Positions 18,578 through 28,195 of a stretch of 64,000 bases of DNA are shown here, in pieces; the first letter of the stretch is position 1; the number at the start of each line of letters is the position of its first letter. The position numbers were made by a program, and so were the translations under genes. The stretch comes from Thermoproteota archaeon (lineage in GTDB: Archaea; Korarchaeota; Korarchaeia; Korarchaeales; JAOZGB01): the NCBI GenBank assembly GCA_037917685.1, contig JAVCBU010000006.1, positions 288,001 through 352,000 of the forward strand. Direction: 5' to 3'. The notes under the pieces were generated by a model, which made no database searches, had not been told where the DNA came from, and saw only the letters and a list, made by a program, of their open reading frames with translations.

Positions 18578-19000
18578 CTATTCTATGCTAAAATCTTTAA
18601 TATGCACAACGTCCACTATCCCTTCAGATTTCTCGATTTGCTCACTATCAGCAGTTACAAGTTTAACCCCATACTTCTCAGCAACCTGAATATAAAGGGC
18701 ATCATAAAACGTAATACTCCTCTCCCTAGCTATCTCCATCACCCTCCTTAGATCAATGGCCGACGGCTCTACAAGGTTCAAATCTAGGTCTAGAAGTAGG
18801 GAGATAGCTTCTGAAGCATCCTCCACACTTAACTGTTTATTTTTCCATATGCTATTCCCCACCTCATATATCAGGTGCATCGGAGCCACCAGCTCAACAA
18901 TGCCGTCCACATAAGCTTGTTTCAACGTCACAGCCTCGCCACTATACTCCTCCTTATTAAACCACTTTGCAGCCACACTAGCATCAACCACAATCTTCAT
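18578..19000 (-). CDS. vapC: VapC PIN-domain toxin
   Basis: IVVDASV..KW...E, E..N, ITFYDALY..A, LVTAD. Confidence 0.9.
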   Translation of the reverse strand: MKIVVDASVAAKWFNKEEYSGEAVTLKQAYVDGIVELVAPMHLIYEVGNSIWKNKQLSVEDASEAISLLLDLDLNLVEPSAIDLRRVMEIARERSITFYDALYIQVAEKYGVKLVTADSEQIEKSEGIVDVVHIKDFSIE

Positions 19001-19212
19001 TTCCTCCTATCCTCCCTTATCGACTTTACAGAGTCGAAAAGCCCATACTTAGTCTTCTCCCTTATCCTGTCAATCTCCTTTGAAGCCTTTAATCTCTTAA
19101 TTCTTCTAATCTCCTCTTTAATCGCCTTCCTAATATATTCAGGCCAGTTTACATCAACCTTCATCATTTCCTCCTTCAACTCCTTAGGCACCCTAACAGT
19201 AATCACACTCAA
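18997..19212 (-). CDS. vapB: VapB RHH/CopG antitoxin
   Basis: SVITVRVP.ELK..M....VNW.EYIR.AI...SV..IREDR; 4-bp overlap with vapC. Confidence 0.85.
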   Translation of the reverse strand: MSVITVRVPKELKEEMMKVDVNWPEYIRKAIKEEIRRIKRLKASKEIDRIREKTKYGLFDSVKSIREDRRK

Positions 19213-19836
19213 ATCTCAACACCACGATGTTATTCACCATTATAATATAAAAATGTATTACATAGACGTTACACGCATAAGCCATACGCCTATAAGACCG
19301 TAAAACCAACAACCAATATAACCATATTGTACGTTTTATCAGCGTTAAACATACGACATGTAGGGTGCTGACCATCCTCTCCCAACTTTACAATGTCACT
19401 AGTTAACAAAAGGCATTTATAAGGATAAGTCCAGAATTATGTAACAATGTTTAGTGACAATGTTAAGCAACGGATTAAATCCTTAAACGCTCCATAGAAC
19501 CGATCAAGATGGAAAAGATGGAAGGGATGGGTAGTCCTAGAAGGCACTTGAGCCTTCAAAACATGGAAAAACATAACCTCCTCTTCTTTAACCTTTGACT
19601 GCATCATATTGCACGTTTCCCTAACAGTAGAAAGGTACAGGGACTAAGTTCCTATATCTGTGATTTACCTGTTATGTGACACGCTTAACTCTCCTAGTCT
19701 ACCCCGGTAACATGCTGTTATTAGCCCATGGAGACCTTACAGGCGCTAAGGACTTATTAATACTTTAACTTATCCTTAACAGAGAAAACTAAGTAAGGTT
19801 CTACTCGTAAAATTTATCTGTTAGCTAATGTTTTTC

Positions 19837-21903
19837 ATGAGAGGTGTCCGCTTGATCTTCGCAGTCTTCGGTTTGGCTGTCGGACTGGCTGTGATGGTTA
19901 TCGTTGGCCTAATTTATAGATCGATAGCTAAGATAGAACCTGGAACAGAAAGAATGGTTGAGATTTCAGGGTACATTAGGCGTGGAGCAAAAGCCTACCT
20001 TCACAGGCAGAGCAGGATGATTGGAATCTTCATAGTTATATTTTCAGTGCTCCTAGCACTGTCTAGAGGGCTGTACATGGCTGTATCCTTCATTGTTGGC
20101 TCGCTTCTCTCGCTTTTCTCAGCTTATATAGGTATGAACGCTGCAACCATGGCGAATGTAAGGACCGCGAATGTTGCAAGGAAAAGCCCCGGCAGAGCCG
20201 CCTTAGTAGCCTTCCGCGGAGGTGCTGTGATGGGCCTGTCTATTGTCGGGTTAAGCCTTATAGGGATTAGCTCGCTCTACCTTCTATACGGCCTTTTCAT
20301 TGAGGATTTGAGAGTACTGCTTGAGAACATTGTCGGCTTCGGCTTTGGCGCTAGTCTTGCAGCTCTGTTCGCGCAGCTTGGAGGCGGGATCTACACTAAG
20401 GCCGCTGATATAGGAGCAGATCTTGTTGGGAAGGTAGAGAAAGGAATTCCTGAGGACGATCCCCGAAACCCAGCGGTTATAGCTGACCAGGTAGGCGACA
20501 ACGTAGGTGACTGTGCTGGTAGAGGGGCTGATCTTTTCGAATCTTTCAGCGATAACATAATAGCATCTATGATTCTCGGCTTATCGCTAGCTGCATCACT
20601 TCAAATCCTAAATGTGCATAAAGTATTAGGTTTCCCGATAGCCGTTGAAGCCCTTGGAGCTATTGCAACAGTGATAGGTCTGCTGATGGTTAGAGAGTCA
20701 AAGGATCCTATGAGTTCGATAAACAGGGGGCTTGCAACAAGCGTTATTGTATGTGCGGTCGGATTTCTCCTTCTAACAGTTAAAACAGGTATGATAGGAG
20801 GATACAAGCTATTCATAGCATATCTTTCTGGGCTAGTTGTAAGCCTCGCAATAGGCTATGCAACGCAGTACTACACTAGCACAAACTATTCACCTGTTAG
20901 AAGTATAGCTGAAGCCTCCAAGTCCGGTCCAGCCATAAACCTGATATTCGGATTGTCCATAGGGATGGAGAGCTCCATAGTTCCGGTGATAATAATCTCA
21001 ATAGTAATCCTATTCTCCTTCCTAGTAATGGGTGGGATGTCAAATATCGCCGAGGGGATCTACGGTATAACAGCTGCTACACTAGGAATCCTATCAACAA
21101 CTGGCTTCATCATGTCCTCAGATACCTTCGGCCCAATATCGGACAACGCTGGCGGGATAGCCGAGATGTCTGGGATTGAAGAGGAGGTAAGAGAGGCGAC
21201 AGACGTTTTAGACTCGGTCGGTAATACAACAAAGGCTCTAACTAAGGGGTACGCAATGTCATGTGCCTCGCTATCCGCGCTGGTTCTGTTCGCATCGTAT
21301 GTCTACCTATTAAGGGAGTATGGCCATTCTGGAATGATAGACCTAGGCCATCCATATACTATAGTAGGGGTTTTCATAGGTGCCTCGATACCCTTCATAT
21401 TCTCATCAATGGCGATCAAAGCTGTTGGTAAGACAGCATTCCAGATGGTTGAGGAAGTTAGAAGACAGTTCAGAGAGATAAAAGGACTAATGGAGGGTAA
21501 GGCTAAGCCAGACTATGAAAGATGCGTGGATATAAGCACGATGAACGCACTCAAAGAAATGATAAAGCCGACACTAATAAGCGTAATTTCCCCGGTACTA
21601 GTGGGCCTCATACTTGGTGGAGAAGCCCTTGGCGGGTTCCTCATCTCAGCAACAATATCAGGAGCCCTCCTGGCAGTATTTATGTTCAACGCTGGTGGGG
21701 CATGGGATAACGCAAAGAAATATATCGAAGCCGGAAATCTAGGTGGAAAGGGGACACCTACACATGCAGCTTCTGTCATAGGGGATACAGTGGGAGACCC
21801 GTTAAAAGACACTGCAGGTCCGTCGCTACACATACTGATAAAACTCCTCAACATAATAGCATTAACAATAATACCAATAATCGTAGCATTATCACTCCTC
21901 TAA
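19837..21903 (+). CDS. hppA: Membrane ion-translocating pyrophosphatase, K+-independent signature
   Basis: GGGIYTKAADIGADLVGKVE..IPEDDPRNP.VIAD.VGDNVGD, DTFGPISDNAGGI.EM, GNTTKA, GGAWDNAKK, GDTVGDPLKDTAGP. Confidence 0.95.
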   Translation: MRGVRLIFAVFGLAVGLAVMVIVGLIYRSIAKIEPGTERMVEISGYIRRGAKAYLHRQSRMIGIFIVIFSVLLALSRGLYMAVSFIVGSLLSLFSAYIGMNAATMANVRTANVARKSPGRAALVAFRGGAVMGLSIVGLSLIGISSLYLLYGLFIEDLRVLLENIVGFGFGASLAALFAQLGGGIYTKAADIGADLVGKVEKGIPEDDPRNPAVIADQVGDNVGDCAGRGADLFESFSDNIIASMILGLSLAASLQILNVHKVLGFPIAVEALGAIATVIGLLMVRESKDPMSSINRGLATSVIVCAVGFLLLTVKTGMIGGYKLFIAYLSGLVVSLAIGYATQYYTSTNYSPVRSIAEASKSGPAINLIFGLSIGMESSIVPVIIISIVILFSFLVMGGMSNIAEGIYGITAATLGILSTTGFIMSSDTFGPISDNAGGIAEMSGIEEEVREATDVLDSVGNTTKALTKGYAMSCASLSALVLFASYVYLLREYGHSGMIDLGHPYTIVGVFIGASIPFIFSSMAIKAVGKTAFQMVEEVRRQFREIKGLMEGKAKPDYERCVDISTMNALKEMIKPTLISVISPVLVGLILGGEALGGFLISATISGALLAVFMFNAGGAWDNAKKYIEAGNLGGKGTPTHAASVIGDTVGDPLKDTAGPSLHILIKLLNIIALTIIPIIVALSLL

Positions 21904-22120
21904 GTACTACCATGGGATAGATCTATACCTATACATCATTCTTTACTGTCACTTTCAAAAAACTACTTTAAACCTTTGTTCAGCGTTCTATCCTTTATTG
22001 GAGTGTACAGGTTCGCAGAACAGTTCTTAGTCTTAAATTACCTCACAACAAGGCTTTATCGATAAATATATATTTATTAAAGGCTAACAATACTACGATA
22101 ATCGTCGGAGGTGTACCGAT

Positions 22121-23347
22121 ATGCAGAAACAAATAGTGGCTGCTGCCTTAATAGCTCTTATAATAGGCGTTCTCGCAGGTTACTTTGCAGCTCCAGCTAA
22201 AGTTGTAGAGAAGGAAGTAGTAAAAGAGGTTCAAGTTGAGAAGAAGCTTAAAGCAGCGTGGATCTACGTTGGGCCTATAGGGGACTATGGATGGAGCCAC
22301 GCGCATGACCAGGGGAGAAGATACTGTGAGAAGATATTTCCATGGCTAGAGACGGTGTACGCTGAGGCTGTAAGCGAGGCTGATGTTGACCGTTACATAG
22401 ATAGGTTCATTAAAGAGGAAGGATGCGATGTAGTCTTTACCACCTCGTTCGGATACATGGACGCTACCATAGCTGCTGGTGAACGTTATCCAGACAAGAT
22501 CCTCTTCCACTGTAGCGGCTATAAGAGGTCCTCTAACGTTGGAACATACTTCGCTGAGTTCTATCAGCTGTATTATCTGAATGGACTAATGGCCGGGGCA
22601 CTCACCAAAACAGGGAAGGTAGGGTATGTGGCTGCCCATCCGATCCCCGAGGTCATCAGGCACATCAACGCGTTCGCGCTAGGGGTAAAGGAGGTAAATC
22701 CCGACGCCAAGGTCTATGTTAGATGGCTATTCTCATGGTACGATCCAGCTAAAGCTAGAGAGGCGGCTGAAGCTCTCATCTCAGAGGGATGCGACTGCCT
22801 AGCGTTCACAGAGGACAGTCCAACAGTGATAGAAGTCGGCCAGGAGCATACCGAAGCAGGTCAGCAAATATACACCTTTAGCCACTACTCCCCGATGCAG
22901 AAGTTCGGCCCTGACAGCTGTGTATCTGGGCAGCTAGTACATTGGGAAGTAATCTACGCAGACATCCTGATGAAAATATACCTTGGAGTATACAAGCCTG
23001 GAAACCTTGAAAACGTAGACTACTGGTGGATGCTAAAAGAGGGAGCATGTGAGCTTGGCGGCGAATTTGGACAGCCAATAAACCCCAAGTTCGAGGACGA
23101 ACTAAAGTCGGTAATCGTTGAAGATCCAATACTAGGCAATATCTCTGTGTACGATCTCGTTATGACAAGACTAGCCCAGATGAGCGAGGAAGTTCCAACG
23201 TTCGACCCATTCACAGGACCCATATACGACCAGAATGGCGTTCTTAGAGTTAAACCGGGAGAAAGGCTTGGTCATGACGCACTGTGGACAATAGACTGGT
23301 TTGTAGACAACATAGTAGGAGAGATACCGGCTCCAGGACTCTGGTAA
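22121..23347 (+). CDS. BMP-family ABC substrate-binding protein (purine/nucleoside type)
   Basis: N-terminal signal/TM; YVGPIGDYGWS.AHD.GR, FTTSFGY, PIPEV.R.INAF.LG, W..SW.DP.K, W.IDW.V..I.G. Confidence 0.88.
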   Translation: MQKQIVAAALIALIIGVLAGYFAAPAKVVEKEVVKEVQVEKKLKAAWIYVGPIGDYGWSHAHDQGRRYCEKIFPWLETVYAEAVSEADVDRYIDRFIKEEGCDVVFTTSFGYMDATIAAGERYPDKILFHCSGYKRSSNVGTYFAEFYQLYYLNGLMAGALTKTGKVGYVAAHPIPEVIRHINAFALGVKEVNPDAKVYVRWLFSWYDPAKAREAAEALISEGCDCLAFTEDSPTVIEVGQEHTEAGQQIYTFSHYSPMQKFGPDSCVSGQLVHWEVIYADILMKIYLGVYKPGNLENVDYWWMLKEGACELGGEFGQPINPKFEDELKSVIVEDPILGNISVYDLVMTRLAQMSEEVPTFDPFTGPIYDQNGVLRVKPGERLGHDALWTIDWFVDNIVGEIPAPGLW

Positions 23348-23348
23348 T

Positions 23349-23367
23349 CCCCCCACCTTTTTTTATC
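23349..23367 (+). terminator. Probable archaeal U-tract terminator
   Basis: CCCCCCACCTTTTTTTATC immediately after the BMP stop codon. Confidence 0.5.
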
Positions 23368-23460
23368 TAACATGCAGTCTTTATACAACTCCATACCGGA
23401 AATCCAGGATAGCCTATTCGTATTGGAACAAACTCTGAAGAGAGAATTGAACTCCGAGTA

Positions 23461-24393
23461 CTATTTTTCTCCTCGTTTGTAGGGTATCCCTAGCGCCGCT
23501 GGTGCACCCATCTTCTTCCGTATCGTCTCTTCAGCCCCAAATATTAACACCACTATTGTTAAGATGAAAGGTAACATCCCTAAGAGGCTTGGAGATATAC
23601 CATAAGGTTGTAGATGATACTGCAGGGCGTCTACCCCCCCGAACAAGTACGAACCTATAGCAGATCTTAAGGGGTCCCACATTGCAAATATCGTTAAAGC
23701 TATCACAATCCACCCTCGGCCTGCGGTCATCCTTTCAATCCATGCTGGCGTGTAAACAACTGATAGGTAGGCACCGGCGATGCCAGCCATAACCCCGCCG
23801 AAGAAGGTGCACCCATACCTTATTAGAGAAACATTAACACCTAACGAGTCCGCTGTCTCAGGGCTTTCCCCAACAGATCTTATTTTTATTCCGAGGCTGG
23901 TCTTAAAGAGTATAAACCATAGCACTGGCACCAGAACGTAGGATATATAAACTAAGGGGTCTTGGTTGAAGAATGCCGGCCCAATAATCGGGATCTCACA
24001 TAGAAGTGGGATCTTGACATCTGAAATGCTTGGGATCTTGACTCCAATATAGGGCTTTCCTATAAGGCCGCTTAAACCTAGGCCGAACATCGTCAACGCG
24101 AGGCCTGAAACAACCTGGTTAGCCATCAATGTTATACTCAGCACAGCATGTATTAACGAGGACAGCCCACCGACCACTGCAGCGGCAGCTATCCCAAGCC
24201 ACGGGTTCCCGGTAACCCTTGTAACTGCAAATCCTGTTACGGCTCCTAAGATCATCATACCTTCAACCCCAAGGTTTAATATTCCTGATCTTTCAGCGTA
24301 AACTTCTCCTAGAGTCCCATAGAGAAGCGGAGTTCCAGCTCTAATTGCAGCCTTGAGTATAGAAGATATTATTAACTGGAGCATGTCCTTCAC
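23461..24393 (-). CDS. Nucleoside-type ABC permease (NupC-like)
   Basis: GE...ERSG.LN.G.EG.M, NQ.VSGLAL, G..IRSVGE.P..AD..G, AGRGWI..AL, APAALG.PY. Confidence 0.9.
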   Translation of the reverse strand: MKDMLQLIISSILKAAIRAGTPLLYGTLGEVYAERSGILNLGVEGMMILGAVTGFAVTRVTGNPWLGIAAAAVVGGLSSLIHAVLSITLMANQVVSGLALTMFGLGLSGLIGKPYIGVKIPSISDVKIPLLCEIPIIGPAFFNQDPLVYISYVLVPVLWFILFKTSLGIKIRSVGESPETADSLGVNVSLIRYGCTFFGGVMAGIAGAYLSVVYTPAWIERMTAGRGWIVIALTIFAMWDPLRSAIGSYLFGGVDALQYHLQPYGISPSLLGMLPFILTIVVLIFGAEETIRKKMGAPAALGIPYKRGEK

Positions 24394-25448
24394 CTCACGA
24401 TTCTAATTCTATACCTTTTCAATATCTCACCCGCAATTATGAAGATAAGAATTATCCCGTTAAATATGTCAATAGCCGCCACAGGCAGCCCCAGCGAAGT
24501 CTGAATTATATCGCCTCCCACGAGGAGTCCTCCGAGAAGTATGGACGACGCAAGCGTAAGCCATGGGTTTAAGCCTCCAAGCCAGGCCGCAATGATGGCT
24601 GTGTATCCGTACCCAGGTGATATCCCCATTCTAAGCCTATGCTGTATCCCAGCGACCTCACCCACACCAGCTATCCCTGCAAGCCCTCCACTTATTACCA
24701 TTACCAGTAGAACGGTCTTCAGATAATTTATTCCTGCATATCTGGCTGCATCTATGTTTTCACCTACAACTCTTATCTCATAGCCCACCTTTGTCTTGTT
24801 AAGTAATATGTAAGTTGCGGCTACAGCTACTACCCCGATAATCAGGGTTGGATAATGTATTCTCGTCCCTGGAATCCTTGGAAGTCTAGCATCTGGTGGA
24901 AACTTACTAGTATACGGGAACCCCCACTCTTCGGGCCCCCTCCAAGGCCCATATACCAGGTATTCCACAAGTTTTAATGCTATATAGTTTAACATCAGGG
25001 TTGTTATAACCTCGTTAACATTCAGCTTAGCCTTTAAAACTGCTGGAAGAAGAGACCACGCAGCTCCAGCCACGAAGCCTACAGCGAACATCAGTGGGAG
25101 AACCACGTATGATGGTGCAGTAAGATTCAAAGCTATACCGGTTGCGGCAACCGCACCTATAAGAAGCTGCCCTTCAGCGCCAATATTCCATATTAATGCC
25201 TTAAAAGCCAATGTAAGCCCAATACCACACAAGAGAAGGGGTATTGACTTTACTATTGTCTCGGAGAATCCATAAAGACTCCCAAAAGCGCCTCTAAAAA
25301 TCTTACCATAGGCTACAGCGGGGTTCACACCGTAGATCCAGAATATTATTGCAACAGCTAGTAATGCAAGGAATAACATGAGAAAACTTACACCTATGGA
25401 TAATAGCTTGCTCTCATACTCCCTTTTTTCAAGTCTAATCCTCATCAT
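24390..25448 (-). CDS. Nucleoside-type ABC permease (NupB-like)
   Basis: WNIGAEGQ, NEVITTLMLNYIA, GYE.R..G.N..AARYAG, GYG.TAI..A.LG. Confidence 0.9.
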   Translation of the reverse strand: MMRIRLEKREYESKLLSIGVSFLMLFLALLAVAIIFWIYGVNPAVAYGKIFRGAFGSLYGFSETIVKSIPLLLCGIGLTLAFKALIWNIGAEGQLLIGAVAATGIALNLTAPSYVVLPLMFAVGFVAGAAWSLLPAVLKAKLNVNEVITTLMLNYIALKLVEYLVYGPWRGPEEWGFPYTSKFPPDARLPRIPGTRIHYPTLIIGVVAVAATYILLNKTKVGYEIRVVGENIDAARYAGINYLKTVLLVMVISGGLAGIAGVGEVAGIQHRLRMGISPGYGYTAIIAAWLGGLNPWLTLASSILLGGLLVGGDIIQTSLGLPVAAIDIFNGIILIFIIAGEILKRYRIRIVR

Positions 25449-27022
25449 AGATCACCTTCACCCATATAAGATCTGCTTTCGCCTTCAACTCTCTTTGTTC
25501 CAGCCATCATAAGTCCTATATCTTCAATACTGGCCTCCTCAGGCTTTACTATCCCCATAAACTCACCTTCAAACATGACAGCTATCCTATCACTGAGGTT
25601 TAAGACTTCCTCTAAATCCTCAGAGACTAGTAAGACGCCGCATCCTCTTTCTCTTTGCTTGAGGAGAAGTTTTCTTATATACTCTGTCGCCCCAACGTCA
25701 AGCCCGTAAGTTGGGTGAGCGGCGACTATAACCCATGCGCCTCCGGAAAGCTCTCTTGCAAGGATAAGCCTCTGAATATTACCGCCTGAGAGAAGCTTAG
25801 CTGGAGTGTTAATACTTGGGGTCATAATCTCATATTCTTTAACCAGTTTTTCAGCGGTTTCTCGTATTATTCCCCAGTTTAACATGACCCTACCTGAGAA
25901 GGGTTTTGTATGATAAGATTTGAGAATTAGATTCTCAGCTACACTCAATCCCGGGGCTATTCCAAGCCTAATCCTTTCTTCAGGAATGTGGGCCATCCCA
26001 AGCATCGCTATTATCCTGGGGTTGCAGTTAGTTACATCCTTTCCCAGGCAGATGATTCTTCCAGACTCTACTTTTCTCAACCCAGTTATAGCTTCCACGA
26101 GCTCTCTTTGCCCGTTGCCAGCTACCCCTGCGATTCCGAGGATCTCGCCAGCCCTCAATGTAAATGATACCCCCTTAACAGCTGGCAGGCCACGGTCATT
26201 CAAAACATGCAAGTTTTCTACTTTGAGTAGAACTTCACCCGTAGCCACGGGTCTTCTCTCCAGCCTAAAAAGTACTTCTCTTCCGACCATCAGTCTAGCA
26301 AGTTCCCTCTTATTCGTATCAGATGTCTTAAGAGTGGAAACCACCTTTCCCTTTCTAAGAACAGTTACTCTATCGCTTACCTCAAAGACCTCATCAAGCT
26401 TATGAGTTATGAATATGATAGCCTTATTCTCAGCTTTCATCTCCTTTAGGGTTTTAAAAAGCTCTCTCGTTTCTGAGGGGGTTAAAACCGATGTTGGTTC
26501 ATCCAATATTAAAACTTCCGCCCCGCCGTACAAGGCTTTTATAATCTCAACCCTTTGCTGCTCCCCGGCTGAAAGCTCCCATATCCTTGCGTCTGGGTTA
26601 ACTTTTAACCCATATCTTTCTGAGAATTCTAATATTTTCTTCCTCACCTCTTCTATAGGGTTTACAAAACTCTTTACAAAGCCTAACGCCACATTTTCGG
26701 CGACTGTGTGTCTGTAAACGAGCTTAAAGTGCTGGTGAACCATCCCAATACCGTACCTTATCGCATCTCTCGGGGACTTTATTTCAACATGTTTCCCCCT
26801 TATATAGATACGGCCTTCGTCGGCCTGGTAAATACCGTACAATATGTTCATCAAAGTGGTCTTTCCAGCTCCATTCTCGCCGAGAAGAGCATGTATTTCT
26901 CCAGCTCTAACATCAAAGTCCACATGGTCATTAGCTATAACCCCTGGAAACCTCTTCACAATACCTTTCATGGAAACAATTGGAGGCTCACGTGCAGCCG
27001 TATGAACCACCTCTCTCTGCAA
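25445..27022 (-). CDS. CUT2-type double-domain ABC ATPase (NupA-like)
   Basis: GENGAGKTTL, GIGMVHQHF, LILDEPT, GVAGNGQ.EL, LSGGN.Q, PT.GLD.GA, SEDL.E. Confidence 0.92.
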   Translation of the reverse strand: MQREVVHTAAREPPIVSMKGIVKRFPGVIANDHVDFDVRAGEIHALLGENGAGKTTLMNILYGIYQADEGRIYIRGKHVEIKSPRDAIRYGIGMVHQHFKLVYRHTVAENVALGFVKSFVNPIEEVRKKILEFSERYGLKVNPDARIWELSAGEQQRVEIIKALYGGAEVLILDEPTSVLTPSETRELFKTLKEMKAENKAIIFITHKLDEVFEVSDRVTVLRKGKVVSTLKTSDTNKRELARLMVGREVLFRLERRPVATGEVLLKVENLHVLNDRGLPAVKGVSFTLRAGEILGIAGVAGNGQRELVEAITGLRKVESGRIICLGKDVTNCNPRIIAMLGMAHIPEERIRLGIAPGLSVAENLILKSYHTKPFSGRVMLNWGIIRETAEKLVKEYEIMTPSINTPAKLLSGGNIQRLILARELSGGAWVIVAAHPTYGLDVGATEYIRKLLLKQRERGCGVLLVSEDLEEVLNLSDRIAVMFEGEFMGIVKPEEASIEDIGLMMAGTKRVEGESRSYMGEGDL

Positions 27023-27124
27023 TTCTAAGCTCTATTTCATGCATAGGAGAGGAATAATATAAATAGGCATCTGCGATGTCAACCCTAAAATGGGAAACAA
27101 TAGAGTGTCGAGTCAGTATGGTTG

Positions 27125-28168
27125 CTATCTTATACCTCCCATCGTCAACACTAGAACTGCTGCTTTAGCATACATATTGTCTTCAGCCTGTTCGTAGATA
27201 ACTGACCTGTTAGAGTCCATTACCTCGTCGTCAGCCTCGTTTCCCCGTAGGACTGGTAGTACATGGGTTACTATCCCGTGCTTATCCATTAAGTCTAGAT
27301 CTTCCATTTTAAGCCTCCAATTCCTATACTTTGCATATATCTTCAATTCTTCATTGCCGAACTTGCTTGCTCCTAGCTCTGCGAGCCTCGCAGTGCACCA
27401 GCTCCTGGGGAACACCACATGTGCACCGTCCAAAGCATCCCTGTAATCGTTAGAGAACTCAAGCGATCCACCGCTATCCTCAGCGTTTCTCCTAGCGGTT
27501 TCAACTATTTTAGGGTCTAAGTCGAAGCCTTCGGGGTGTGCTACTATAACATCCATGCCAAACCTGGTAGCTAGAAGCATCTCCGCCTGTATACTGCAAC
27601 GTCCTCTTATAACAGGGGCGTATCCCCACATTATCACATACTTCTTACCGTTAAGTCTTCCAAGCTTATTTTCAATTGTGACCATGTCGCCGATGGCCTG
27701 GGTTGGATGGTACATGTCATCAGCCATGTTAATTATGGGTACCCTAACATGCTCTGCAAACTCCCTGATTACGGCGTTCCCACGTCCATAGACGTAATCT
27801 ATAGCCTTATCCAGAATTCTTATGCCAATCGCGTCTCCGTAGATCTCATACATCTTTGCAAGGTCTTTTATGGCTTCCCCCTCTTCAATCCTTGTCATCC
27901 TCGACTCAACGTACTGGGCGTGACCGCCAAGCATGGTCATTCCTGTTTCAAAGGCAGATCTAGTCCTTGTTGAAGGGGCGAAGAACAGCATAACAAATGT
28001 CTTCCGTTCAAGGTACCTGGGCAGGCCATCTATACCCTTCGTGTAGACTGTGTGTTTAAGCTCTCTTGCAAGGTTCATAGCAGTTCTTATCTCATCTATA
28101 CTCCACTCCTGGGTGGTTATGAGGTCTCTACCCCTAAGATCATCAACGTAGTACTTCACGATGGTCAC
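27125..28168 (-). CDS. Second, divergent knotted-type carbamoyltransferase
   Basis: FFAPSTRTR..F, HPTQ, TRFGMDV.VAHPEG.DLD, SGGS, PRSW, HVLP; clear paralog of 10340..11386. Confidence 0.8.
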   Translation of the reverse strand: MTIVKYYVDDLRGRDLITTQEWSIDEIRTAMNLARELKHTVYTKGIDGLPRYLERKTFVMLFFAPSTRTRSAFETGMTMLGGHAQYVESRMTRIEEGEAIKDLAKMYEIYGDAIGIRILDKAIDYVYGRGNAVIREFAEHVRVPIINMADDMYHPTQAIGDMVTIENKLGRLNGKKYVIMWGYAPVIRGRCSIQAEMLLATRFGMDVIVAHPEGFDLDPKIVETARRNAEDSGGSLEFSNDYRDALDGAHVVFPRSWCTARLAELGASKFGNEELKIYAKYRNWRLKMEDLDLMDKHGIVTHVLPVLRGNEADDEVMDSNRSVIYEQAEDNMYAKAAVLVLTMGGIR

Positions 28169-28195
28169 CTCGTGCTTTATCTCATCTGATCTGTT

